From Ramazzottius varieornatus (Eukaryota; Animalia; Tardigrada), in the NCBI GenBank assembly GCA_001949185.1, contig BDGG01000002.1:4888448-4952447 (forward strand): 64,000 nt of DNA. Direction: 5' to 3'. The notes beneath the pieces were generated by a model that saw only the letters and a list, made by a program, of their open reading frames with translations, had not been told where the DNA came from and ran no database searches. Made by a program: the position numbers and the translations under genes. Below are positions 53,824 through 64,000 of the stretch, piece by piece. The first letter of the stretch is position 1. Each line of letters starts with the position of its first letter.

Positions 53824-55891
53824 TCAGTCAGATAACATCGCAACTCGGGCCACCTTCCGTCGAGTAACGTAATTCACCGTGGGAACCACCAGTAAAGAAA
53901 GCCCCGCCATCGCCATGAGGATGCCGAACACGACGAACGTCGCATCGTAACTGTGGTACTCCGCCAGAGAGCCTGCCAACAACCGGTCGTTCAAACCAAC
54001 CGCAAAGCCGCCCGTAGCGTATCGTGTCAGTCTGAAAACTAACCTGCAGCAGGAGGACCCACAAAGACCGCGGCCCCTTCGATGAACAAGAGCAGTCCAA
54101 ATGCCTACAAAGAAACGAATGCATAAGGAAGAACTCTTCCTGGATCCTAAAAAGGAAAAGCAATCAAGACACTTTGGGCTTACCGAAGTCAACTTTTCCA
54201 GTCCTACAATATCAGTCAGAACTATAAAGAGAAGCATGTTAGCAATCGGTTTTCTGAGAGTTGTGTAACTTTGTGATGCTTAGAAAGATGACGCAGACGT
54301 GACGTACCAACTGACTGAAGTGCGATGATAAAACCTGATAACGAAAATCAATTTGAAATCCCGACATATTGATAAAAGTCACAACGGATAAGAGCGAGCT
54401 CACTTACCTCCTGTAAAACCGAAAACCAGCGAGTACGCGACGTAGACCGACCAGCTTGTCCATAGAACGGACAAGGACGTCGTGGCACCGGAAATCAGGC
54501 AGCAGACCGAGTACACTACCATTCGATTAACAAACTTCCGATCAGAAATGACACTCGATGTCAAGCGTCCAACAAGGTTCGCGAAGCCGATATATGTCAA
54601 CAGCCAAGCAGCTTCATCCCGGTTTACTCCAGCAGCCACTTCAACCCGATGTGGCAAGTAGGTGTAGGGGATGTAACTACTGATGCCACCGAAGAACGCT
54701 GTAAGACCTACAGAACAAAATAATCAACTCAGCAATTCATCGTTATGAACATCGATTCAATCTAGTGTCTTACAGTAAACCCAGAATCTCCACTGTCGCA
54801 TCAGATCAACGTCCACGTATTGCACGATCCAAACGTCCACTTTCTTGCGAAGACCTCCTTTGGACCGTTCGTCGACTACCACAGTCGCCTTCTCAGCAGC
54901 AACGAGTTCTTTTAACTCCTGCGCGTTGCCGGTTGTCCCTAATCGCTTCTTGAGTCTTTCTGCAGCCACTTCGGCAGGAGTCGACCGCAACAACGCCGCA
55001 AAGACCGCGCACTGCAGGAAGATACCGCTGTAGATTATCAGGGTACCTGACACGTTATACTCGTTGAACAAAGCTCTTGTCAGCGGAGCGAAAATCATGG
55101 TTCCAAGACCCGACCCACAGACCGCCAGCCCTACGGCCAACGCGCGTTTCCTCTCGAACCACTGGTTCACACTAACCACCGCGGGAAGGTACATAAAACC
55201 ACACCCAAGCCCTATGGGAAAACACTATGGTCAATACTGTACTACTGTACTTGCTCAAAATAACTGAACAGCACTAGCTCCCTTGCCTGTAAGCAGCCCG
55301 AACGACAATATCAAGTGCCAGATTTCAGTGGCGAAACAGCTCAAGAAAGCTCCGAGACATGCCATAACAGCTCCAGCGAGAACTACGGGGCGACGCCCAT
55401 ATTCGAGAGCCAGGTAGCCAGGGATGGGCCCACAACCATAAGTGGTACCGATCAGCACCGACATGATCCATGACGTCTCTCCCTTCGAACTAGCGAAACG
55501 CGTCAGAAGTTCCGGAAACAGCACACCGAATGAATAGGTAATCCCGTCGATGATGATATGGATTAGGAAGACGCAAAAAACGATCACCTACAGCGCAAGG
55601 TGTTGAGTGTTAATTAACCCACAGTACATACGCGGAACTTCCGCCGGAAGTCAAATGTCATCTGCGGTATGCGAATACTATCAACTTCGAAAACGAGGTT
55701 GAAATAATTACCCAGCCGAATCCGCCATCCGGTATGAGACTTTGCGCTGTGGGGATGTCTTCAGAGATAACGATCTTTTCGTTCCCGTTGTCGATCACCG
55801 TAATCAGCTTCGCATCTCCCGGTCGACCAGTAACCAAAGCCTCTGTTTCGGCAAGAGCCGCTTCCTTTGGCGGACTGTCCTCCCGCTTCAT
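53824..55891 (-). CDS. Monocarboxylate transporter family (SLC16), copy 2
   Basis: PDGGFGWVIVFCVFLIHIIIDGITYSFG, MYLPAVVSVNQWFERKRALAVGLAVCGSGLG, GFANLVGRL, VGPPAAG; includes a 27-nt microexon at 54308-54334. Confidence 0.93.
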
Positions 55892-56816
55892 GGTTCCGGT
55901 CGTGGAGAAGCTTGCTTCAAATCCCGGGACGGAAATACGGTTTCAGAAGAAGTCAGGATGTTGCGCTTCGCTCGCCTCTTATCGATGGAATCCAACAGCA
56001 TTGCTGGAACAGATTTGAAGCTTGCACATTGGTAGCTTCAGCTTGGCACACGTCGAACGGTGCAGCAGAGCCACTCCCTACTCTTTAAGCCTGCGTATCC
56101 ACAGGTACAAGGATATGACATCCCCTCAACTCCGGAACTCGAAGAGGCGCCTGAGAGTTGGTGAAAAGATCAGAATTCAAAATTTCAGAAAACAAAGTTC
56201 TAGATAAGGAACCGGAAATGGATCATAGAGGGATTGCGAAAATACGATTCGTAATTCAGCGGGCGCCAATTATTCGCAAAGCAGCTAGTCAAAAATTTTA
56301 AGATCGCCAAGTTCGGCGACATCGACGTCACATCGTCATTCGTTGATTGCTTTGCCGTGTTATGGTTTCTTATTCCTTCAAGTTTTTTAAGGTTGTGGAG
56401 TTTCCCAGATGAGCTGCTCTCGATGGATTGGACACTGACCAGTGAATATGGTACCAACAGGAACTCAGAAACTGCGAATACATTGTCTTTCGGTACAGGT
56501 GAAGTGAATGAGATCCGTGATGTTAAAAATTGCTGTGAAGCAAAGAACCCATAATGATCGCGTTGCTGCCTCTGCCGTCAGGTCTGGCGTCTGAAAAGTT
56601 CCCAGAGAATTAATACATATGTAACATTCCAGGTATCCTGCGGAATCTACTGAATTGGTTTGACACTCTATTCCAGAAAATAAAGTTGATTGGGGGGTAA
56701 GTGATAAACAGCACGCATCGACTTCGTCCTTTCGCCAGAGTGCTGCCTTCGCTAACTTATAAGTCTGGCTTGCAGTCGCATGTACAAAGTTTTACGGGAG
56801 CTGAAACAGCCACCGT

Positions 56817-58966
56817 ATGACCAGTGATCACTTCGCAATGGTTCTACCAAAAGAGGGTGCAAGCTCGCAGCATGAGCCGACTGCTTCGTCAAGCTCCACT
56901 TCATCGGTCATTAGGACGCGCTCGGTTAGGTCGAAGTCCGGAAAGAGCCACGCCGCAGCAAAATTCTTTGGCTCGAAAAAGCTGGTTTCCGGTCCGGCTA
57001 TAGGTATCTCAAATGGAGAGAACTTTATCTTCAAGCCGACCAAAAGTGAACGGGCCCGAATCTACGTGAAAAACCAATGGAACAACGTCATGTATGGTAA
57101 TAGACTGGATGCTGGAATTATCTTGTTTCAAACGGTTGACTCTCTGCTTTGCAAGTTGTAGCCCGACGAAGGTCCTTGAGAACGAATTCGGTTTCAGGTT
57201 TCCATTTATCATCCAAAGTGTCTGTCAGTTCGTCCTCTCCGATTTGGATGCTGGGCCGATGCTACACAATGGGAAACTCAAAACGCGGTGAGTGCTGTCG
57301 TTGAGACAAACTTATCCCTGCATCACGAACGTAATCCTTTGGCAGCTGCGCCTCTACAGTGCTGTGTTGTAGAACCATCAAAAGACCAAACAAGCTGCTT
57401 CTTTCTTTCAGATGATATGAGGTCTGATGTGAACAGGGAGTTTGCCGCGGACTTTAGAACTCGCCTGTGGTTTACATATCGTCGGCATTTCCCGGTGATT
57501 AGCGGCTCTCAGCTGACCACGGACTGTGGCTGGGGCTGTTGCCTGAGAAGGTACGGCGAATTTTTAGTCTTAGCAGCATATGGGATTGGGTCACTTTTAC
57601 GTTGGCAGCGGCCAGATACTGTTGGCCGAAGGACTCGTGCGACATTTTCTTGGGAGGAACTGGCGGTGGGAGGAAACCGACGACCGCGAACAAGAGGTCT
57701 TTCATCGGCAGATCATTCGGTGGTTCGGGGACTTCGACCGTCCTGACAATTTGTTTGGAATTCACCGATTAGTGAACATCGGTATCGATCAACAGCATGG
57801 AAGGAAGGCTGGTACGTTCGTCAAAAACAATTTTCGGTATGGATCACTTACGAGCTGCGTGTTGCAGCGAACTGGCTGCACGCTGGTTACTTGATGTTTT
57901 TCATAGGTGACTGGTATGGGCCCGCATCACTCGCACTTATTCTTCAGTAAGTCGGTAAAGTGGATTAGAACTTAGTTACACGTGAACGCTCTCTCCAAGT
58001 CAACCTGGTAAGAACTTCTGCTCTCTTTGTTTCAGACGGGCCATGTCGATGGCAAGGTCCGCGAACCCGCTCCTTCAAGACATACAGCTGTATGTTTCAA
58101 AAGACTGTTCAAGTGAGTGGTCTCAGTCAAAAACCAAGGTTTTCAGCCGTTCATCTCATCCGAAAGATGTTAGACGATTACGTCGTCTTTGTAGTTTTCA
58201 AAGGCGATGTGCTGGAGTTGCTCGCGGATCGACTTCTGTATTCCACCTCGACTGCTGCGGAACCGCGAGCCTTGATCATCATTGTTCCTGTACGACTCGG
58301 CTCAAGCCGCATGAACCCTTTGTACATTCCCTGCATTAAAGAATTGCTGACGATGGAGTATTCTATTGTACGATCTATTAAAATTTCGGTCTGCTCCGTT
58401 GGAGTTAGCAAAAGTGCTCTTGCAGGGCATAACGGGAGGTCGTCCCGCGCACAGCCTTCACTTTGTTGGATGGCAAGACAACTCCCTAATTTCCGTGGAC
58501 CCGCACCTCTCTCAGCAGGCCGTCGATGTCGATACGCGATCATTTCCTCTTTCGGTAAGACGCAGCGACCAGCCTGCAGCGAACGTTAGGGCTGATTGGA
58601 CGCACTAAGTTGTTCTGCTCGTACAGAGTTTCCACTGTTCGACGCCGCATACGTTGCCGGTGAAGAAGATGGACCCGTCCTGCGCACTCGGATTTTACTT
58701 TGCCAATATTAGAGACTTTTATAAATTTGAACAGATTTCTTCTGAGGTAAAATACTTCGCTTGTTTCGGGTGTCAGTGCGCTCCAAAGGACAGATCTTTT
58801 TTTCCAGGTACAAAATTTGCACTGCAAGGGGTTCCCTGTCTTCACGTTCGCGGAGGGTCATTGTAGAGATTACGAGCATAATCTGGAAGAACGCGCTGAG
58901 TGGATTGAAAATAACTCGAACCCATTGACTTCGTCCAACGCTGGTTCTGATTACGTGATTTTGTAA
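56817..58966 (+). CDS. ATG4: Autophagy cysteine protease ATG4 (C/D-like)
   Basis: [33 protein letters not shown] (catalytic Cys), [30 protein letters not shown] (Asp/His), [11 protein letters not shown]-terminal LIR-like SDYVIL. Confidence 0.95.
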
Positions 58967-59164
58967 TTTCTCGTTGTGATTTAATTTTCCAATTTTTTAC
59001 CTGCTCATTTTGAAATTTTAATAACAAATAAAAGCTTTATGTACAAAAGATAAGAGCCAACAATAAGTTTTCGTGATCGCCTTGCAAAACTACAGGACAA
59101 GAAAATTGACTAGTACAAAACCTCGAAACCAGCTCGTTACAGAACCAACTTCTAATCGATTGCA

Positions 59165-61285
59165 TTACCAGCAAGCTCGTAAACAACGGCGAGTCAAATG
59201 TCGGCAGAAAGATCTACGTCTGCGGAAAAAGCGGTTGGCACAGCGAGAAGCACGACCACTGAAACAAACTGCACATTTGCCTCGGCGTCTATGTCGAACA
59301 CCTGCTGGTCGACCGCGTCCGCGTTCCGGCTTGTCAGCCTTGGCAGATTCCTCCTTCTCCGGGCGTTCTTCCTTGGTGGGTTTCTCATATGATTCTTCAG
59401 ACTCCTTCTCACCGCCATCCGTCGATTCTTCCCTATCATTCAAAACGTCATCTTGGTTCTCCTCGAACAAAGGCACTTCTCCCAAGTCCTCTACTACAAC
59501 GAAAAGACCTTCCGAGCGTCGGCTATCCGCACGCGAGCTGTTTCCCGGTGAAGTCACGTTGAAAGGTAGTTCCCCCAGACGAGCCCCGAAGCCACCAGCC
59601 CCACCTACTGTTAGACTGCCGAACGGAAGAACCTGCAGGATCTGCCCTGGAACACTGGCGAAGCCATTGACGAAACCGAGGGCGCCGAAGAGTCCAGCAC
59701 CAAATTCCCCTCCGTAACCACCCACTCCACCATAACCTCCCAGTGGACCGTACAGAGCACCTTGAGGACTCGCTCCCCAGCCTGTTTGAACTGGTACCGG
59801 AGCAGGTCCCCAGCCTACGCCAGTCTGAGCGGCTACTGGGACAGGCTGCACAGGCTTGGCTCCCCATCCTGCAGCTGGAACCGGGACAGGTTGAACAGTT
59901 CCCCATCCTGCTCCTGCCTGGGCATTTCCCTGTGAATAGTAAGAACACGTCGTTAGTGTTCAGTCCGTGCAACTGCGGAAGACTATAAAGAATGGCTGAG
60001 TTGGCATCAGTTATCTGTTCTGTTTGAGCACATTAGGCTTCCAATGACAAACAGTATCTCTTGAAAGCCTTCGGCATTAGCATGGCGATATCATCACATC
60101 AACTCAGTCTAGGTCGTAATTTCAAGATCTTGTTTACCAAAGTGTTCACTCCACTACCCAGTGGCAAAGCACCCGTACCAACCTGTAGAGAAGAAACAAA
60201 TCGGTCTGTCTGATGAGTGACGATAAGCATTGAGCAGCAATAAGGCTCCAAGTTTCTACTACATATGACATGTTTCGATCAGGATGAAGAGCTCAATCTC
60301 TGTCTGGACTCACCGTTGTGACGTCAACGTTAATGGGATCGACTGTCTGAATTACGACCGGAGAGGATGTTTGAGTTGGGAAAACCGCCCATTTGGTCGA
60401 GCTGTTCGTCGAACTTGTCCCATTCGCAGCTGAGTCGACAAGCGAAGGCACAAGTCCGTCTGGTCGGATAGGGATCTCCGAACCGGTCAAGCCAGCAACG
60501 TTCTCAGTGATAGTGGTATTCGTGCCATCAGTCGTCGTAGAATCCGTTGACGAAGGCAGCGTTGTCGAAGAAGGATCCGACGACGGGGACGGTGTGGACC
60601 GTGTGGTGAAAGTTGGCGTCGACGAGGTAAGCGAAGCTGGGCGATTTACGATGATGACGACCGGACCGGTCGGGATGCTGATGTTTACTCGCGATCCTAC
60701 AAAACGGGGAGCACAGAATTACGTATTCGTTAGATTGCCACGGCAGAAAACCTGAGAAAGATGTCGCCCGCGTTCGAAGCTGAAAAATTTAACAAGCAAG
60801 GATGGAAGCAATCAAGAATTAAAGCTACGGCAATCAACGGAAGGCGGACCTGGTGGTACGGGGCGGGGATTGCTTGTGGGCGTGGTCGTGGACCCAAATA
60901 TGGATTCTTCCGCAGTCGTGCTGGATCCGGAAGCCTCGTCCACGGTGGTGCCATCCGAAGTCGTTTCCTCTGTTGCTGCGCCAGCAGTTGTAGTCTGGTC
61001 CGTCAGCGTGCTGGGAGTTGCTGGGTCGTCGGTGATCGACAAAAGCGCAGTGGTCGAGCTGTTGGTCGTGTTTCCATCATCCGCATAGTCTAGGAAAGAA
61101 ACAGCTCTCTTCGCTTTCAATTCTTTCGACAAGGGACAAACACGGTTTCTTAAACAATTTGAAAAATCAGCTGGCTACTTACCCTGGTACTCATCGTCGA
61201 TTGAGATTTGCGCATGGCACTTCGAGAACAACATCGATACAACGAGCAGCAGTCCCAGAGCTGCCATCCTCCGTGAGGTTTGCAT
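59165..61285 (-). CDS. Secreted modular low-complexity protein: T/S mucin-like block, GWG repeats, Gly-rich block, acidic block, cationic six-Cys C-terminal peptide
   Basis: Signal peptide MAALGLLLVVSMLFSKCHA; five exons with phase-compatible GT-AG junctions; the last exon begins GNAQAGAGWGTVQPVPV and continues through ORF 59165-59851. Confidence 0.75.
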
Positions 61286-61849
61286 AGTGGACAGGAGCAC
61301 ACCGATCATAAACGAAAACGATGCTGAGGTTTATTTATGCAGAACCTTGACTAGCTCCACGTAGAATAGGATTGCAGAAGCTTTCAAGTTGCAAAGAAAC
61401 TTGAGCTCACATGGACTGGATCCTTAAGTAAGGAAAAGTCGGAAAACCCACACCTGTAAGAAAGCGCGCTTGATTTTCCAGCTAGATCCGTAACTTCGAT
61501 TCTTACTAAACACGAATACGTACGAAGTGTGAACCGGATGATCTTGATCTCTTTTGTTGACGGGCACAATGATAATCTAGTCCTTAGTCTCCTTACTGTA
61601 TACGTGACCAGGAACATATCCTGGTTTCCCAAAAGCAATATGAGCGCTGTCTTCAAGACGCAGGTAACTCGTACTGCCATGTTTCAATTCTGGTTTAGCG
61701 TGTCCCAAGGGACAAGGAAATATAATAACAAAAGTAGTTCTTTCCGCTCTCCTTTTATTTCTTCCAGTTTCCTGGAGCCAGTGACTTCAGCGCTGAAACC
61801 CGTCCCTGAAGAATGAAGATACTTGTGACAAGTTTAATTAGGCGCGCAA

Positions 61850-62381
61850 TGTTGTACCAGCTACAGCTTGCTGTACATGGAAAGAAGACATGGCAATCAC
61901 GCATTACCTGACATCACACATGCGCAACATATCGCGAAAGAGTTTTCCACAAACCGTGAAGCTCGCGTGCACTATTTTGAAGTAGTATTCTTGGTATTTT
62001 GTTATCGAATGACCAGTGGTCTAAAAGTTCTTTCCTGCCAGTGTGTCATATTTCTGACCGCTCCGTTCTTCATTCTCGTCCAGATGAACCTTCGTCAACT
62101 TTTTATTTCTGGACTTCCGGCCGAGGAAATTTTCAATGTTAATTTATCAGGTAAAGCTAATGTGCTAGTTTTGACGTCTATCAGTGCTGTCTCGTGATCG
62201 ATTTATCCTGCAGGCACGACAAGTTTCTTTGACGTGGGAGGCATCAAGGAACTTGAGTTAGCCGAAAGGAAGTCCTGAGATGTTACTGTGGCACTTACGT
62301 CTGCGCCTTTTAAGAACGTTTGACATAAATCTCCTAACCAGCACTTAATTCTCCTATAACTTAGTGTGTGCGCCGAAACCC
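61850..62381 (+). mobile_element. Possible 3' remnant of a hAT transposon
   Basis: SLLYMERRHGNHALPDITHAQHIAKEFSTNREARVHYF resembles the extreme C-terminus of hAT/ZMYM1-like transposases; followed by repeated TCTCCTA and an end-like gtgcgccgaaaccc. Confidence 0.35.
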
Positions 62382-62698
62382 TTTCTCAAATGGTTCGGAA
62401 TCACCGAAGGCCCAAAAAACGTGCATGAGGTGTGTGAAAACTACAAAATGTTTCGTGTCCGTCATCCGTCATATGGGCCGCCATAAAGTTTTGCAAGTTT
62501 GATTACCCCCTGATCCATTTTCATACACTACTACTGTATTACTTTTGCGGGCGAATGATCGGCTTGGAGAATGATATCGACCCAGCAGGACTTTCTTCTC
62601 GTAGACCCAATGCAGCGCGCTGATTCTACCGGCGTGGGATTCGACGCAGCAGGAGGACGTTTCCTTTCAGAGCGAGTGGCCGGAGTGGGGAACATGTA

Positions 62699-63410
62699 TT
62701 ACGCACACAGGACGCGCTCTCCATCGATCGGGGAGGCGGAACGCGCATCGAGCGGGCTCTTTCTTGTTTGCTTGGGCGGTGCTGGCTTACAGTTCGGGAG
62801 AAGCGAATCCATAAACTTGCCGGAATACAGTACATCGATACGGCCACCGTTGTACGCGATAGATCTCTGGAGCTGGTCGCGATCGGTAAGCCGTGAACAC
62901 TTCTCTGGATCCATCAATGAACGTTTAAACTTTGAATTTAGTTGACAGGATTTCATCCGGATCACTTTGGGCCTCACATGCACACGTGTGCGTAGATGAG
63001 TGTCGATTAGGCCAGTTTCTTCCCTAATAACACCCGGCTTGATTTTTGCCTTGTGGCAGCGGCGGCGTTATATCGCCAACTATCTGTTATTTATTGCATG
63101 TTGACCTTTGGCCCCGGGGTACTGGGGGAAATTATTGAAACAACGAGCACAACGCAGCCCGCACTTCCAGCGTGTTTCTATACCTTTGCCCACGGTATCT
63201 CCGGGCCGCCCCCGGAAATGCAAAATATAACAGATAGTTGGCGACAAAGCACCGCCGCTGCCTTGTGGCGACCAACGATTGCTACTCTGTTTTTGCTTTC
63301 CGGAACACCGAAGATCGAAATCCTAATATGCTGATCAGTATTAACGTCATTATGCCCTGAATGATCGTCCGGAAGAAATGTGGTTTCGTGATGACGTCTA
63401 ATCGGCGGTT
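62699..63410 (-). pseudogene. Decayed coding sequence of unknown family interrupted by a MITE
   Basis: Removing 63057-63268 joins ...SKNRVAIVGRHK/AKIKPGVIREETG...VHVRPKVIRMK... into about 165 open codons; the same frame has stops further upstream. Confidence 0.4.
63057..63260. mobile_element. 204-bp hAT-superfamily MITE
   Basis: About 43-bp TIRs beginning CAGCGGCGG (cagcggcggcgttatatcgccaactatctgttatttattgcat versus the reverse complement of the right end, cagcggcggtgctttgtcgccaactatctgttatattttgcat); perfect 8-bp TSD CCTTGTGG at 63049-63056 and 63261-63268. Confidence 0.92.
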
Positions 63411-64000
63411 AGACTTCCATGATTTAGCGAAGCTCATCGTCATCTTCACATTGATTCCCGCGTGGGAACCCACTTCCCGTGTCAATGGATTACCACCTAC
63501 TTTTTCCATAGCCAGGTAATTTACGACAAGTACATCACGCGAAATAATTAACAGCTCTTCCTAGCTGTTCTTGACATGACTGGTCAGGTTAATTTGTTGC
63601 GTTGATTTTGAAGTTTGAGACAGCTGGCGGACAAAGTGGGCTCCCGGCTCCACCAAGTGACGAAACTCGTATCCGGCCATGATGAAATCAAAAAGGTAAA
63701 CTGAAACTCCTGAACAACACGCTCTGTTATCTTCGAGTAAAAAGTAACCTTCTTCTTCGTTGTGCACTTTGAGCGATGAGCCAAAAGCTGGATTTGCCGA
63801 CAGAAGTGTTGCGCATAAGTGTTGCGCGCATGCAACAGATATGACCGTTTTTTCAAGTGATGGATCTCAAATCTCTTGATGATCCAGCTGTTGTCTCCAG
63901 GGATTCTCCGATCTGTACGTCAAGATCGATGAGATGGACCCAGCTGAAGCCGTCAAACAATACGGCGAAAAGTTGTCTCAGGCAATTAAGAAGAAGATAG

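Noticed and set aside
59073-59717. 214-aa basic plus-strand ORF
   Set aside because: Antisense shadow of the low-complexity secreted protein exon; no ATG start or splice support.

Overview
Eukaryotic, gene-dense animal DNA, not prokaryotic: about 21 intact spliced genes with many short (~55-120 nt) GT-AG introns, roughly balanced GC, and short intergenic spacers with head-to-head and tail-to-tail pairs. A CBM14-LDLa chitin deacetylase and a Spindle-E-like tail point to a chitinous invertebrate, probably an ecdysozoan; the compactness is tardigrade-like, but that is inference only. In order: 3' end of spn-E/TDRD9; a frameshifted chromodomain gene; ALG1; two tandem MS4A-like 4-TM genes; acetyl-CoA synthetase; TMEM245; an SLC16/MCT; an INF2-like formin; AMPK alpha; a receptor tyrosine pseudokinase; a BicC-like KH protein without SAM; an orphan; chitin deacetylase; UBE4A; two hAT-like MITEs; TAMM41; LMBRD2; TMEM17; a second MCT; ATG4; a modular secreted protein; and a terminal region of decayed transposon-like sequence with a clean 204-bp hAT MITE. 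No CRISPR, rRNA or tRNA was seen. I cannot demonstrate a new multi-gene system. The best candidates for undescribed biology are the modular secreted protein ending in a cationic six-Cys peptide, the Cys-box/FN3 receptor pseudokinase, the formin with altered actin-contact residues, and the apparently tail-anchored ALG1. Family assignments come from remembered motifs, not database searches. CDS coordinates span introns and were assembled by eye.
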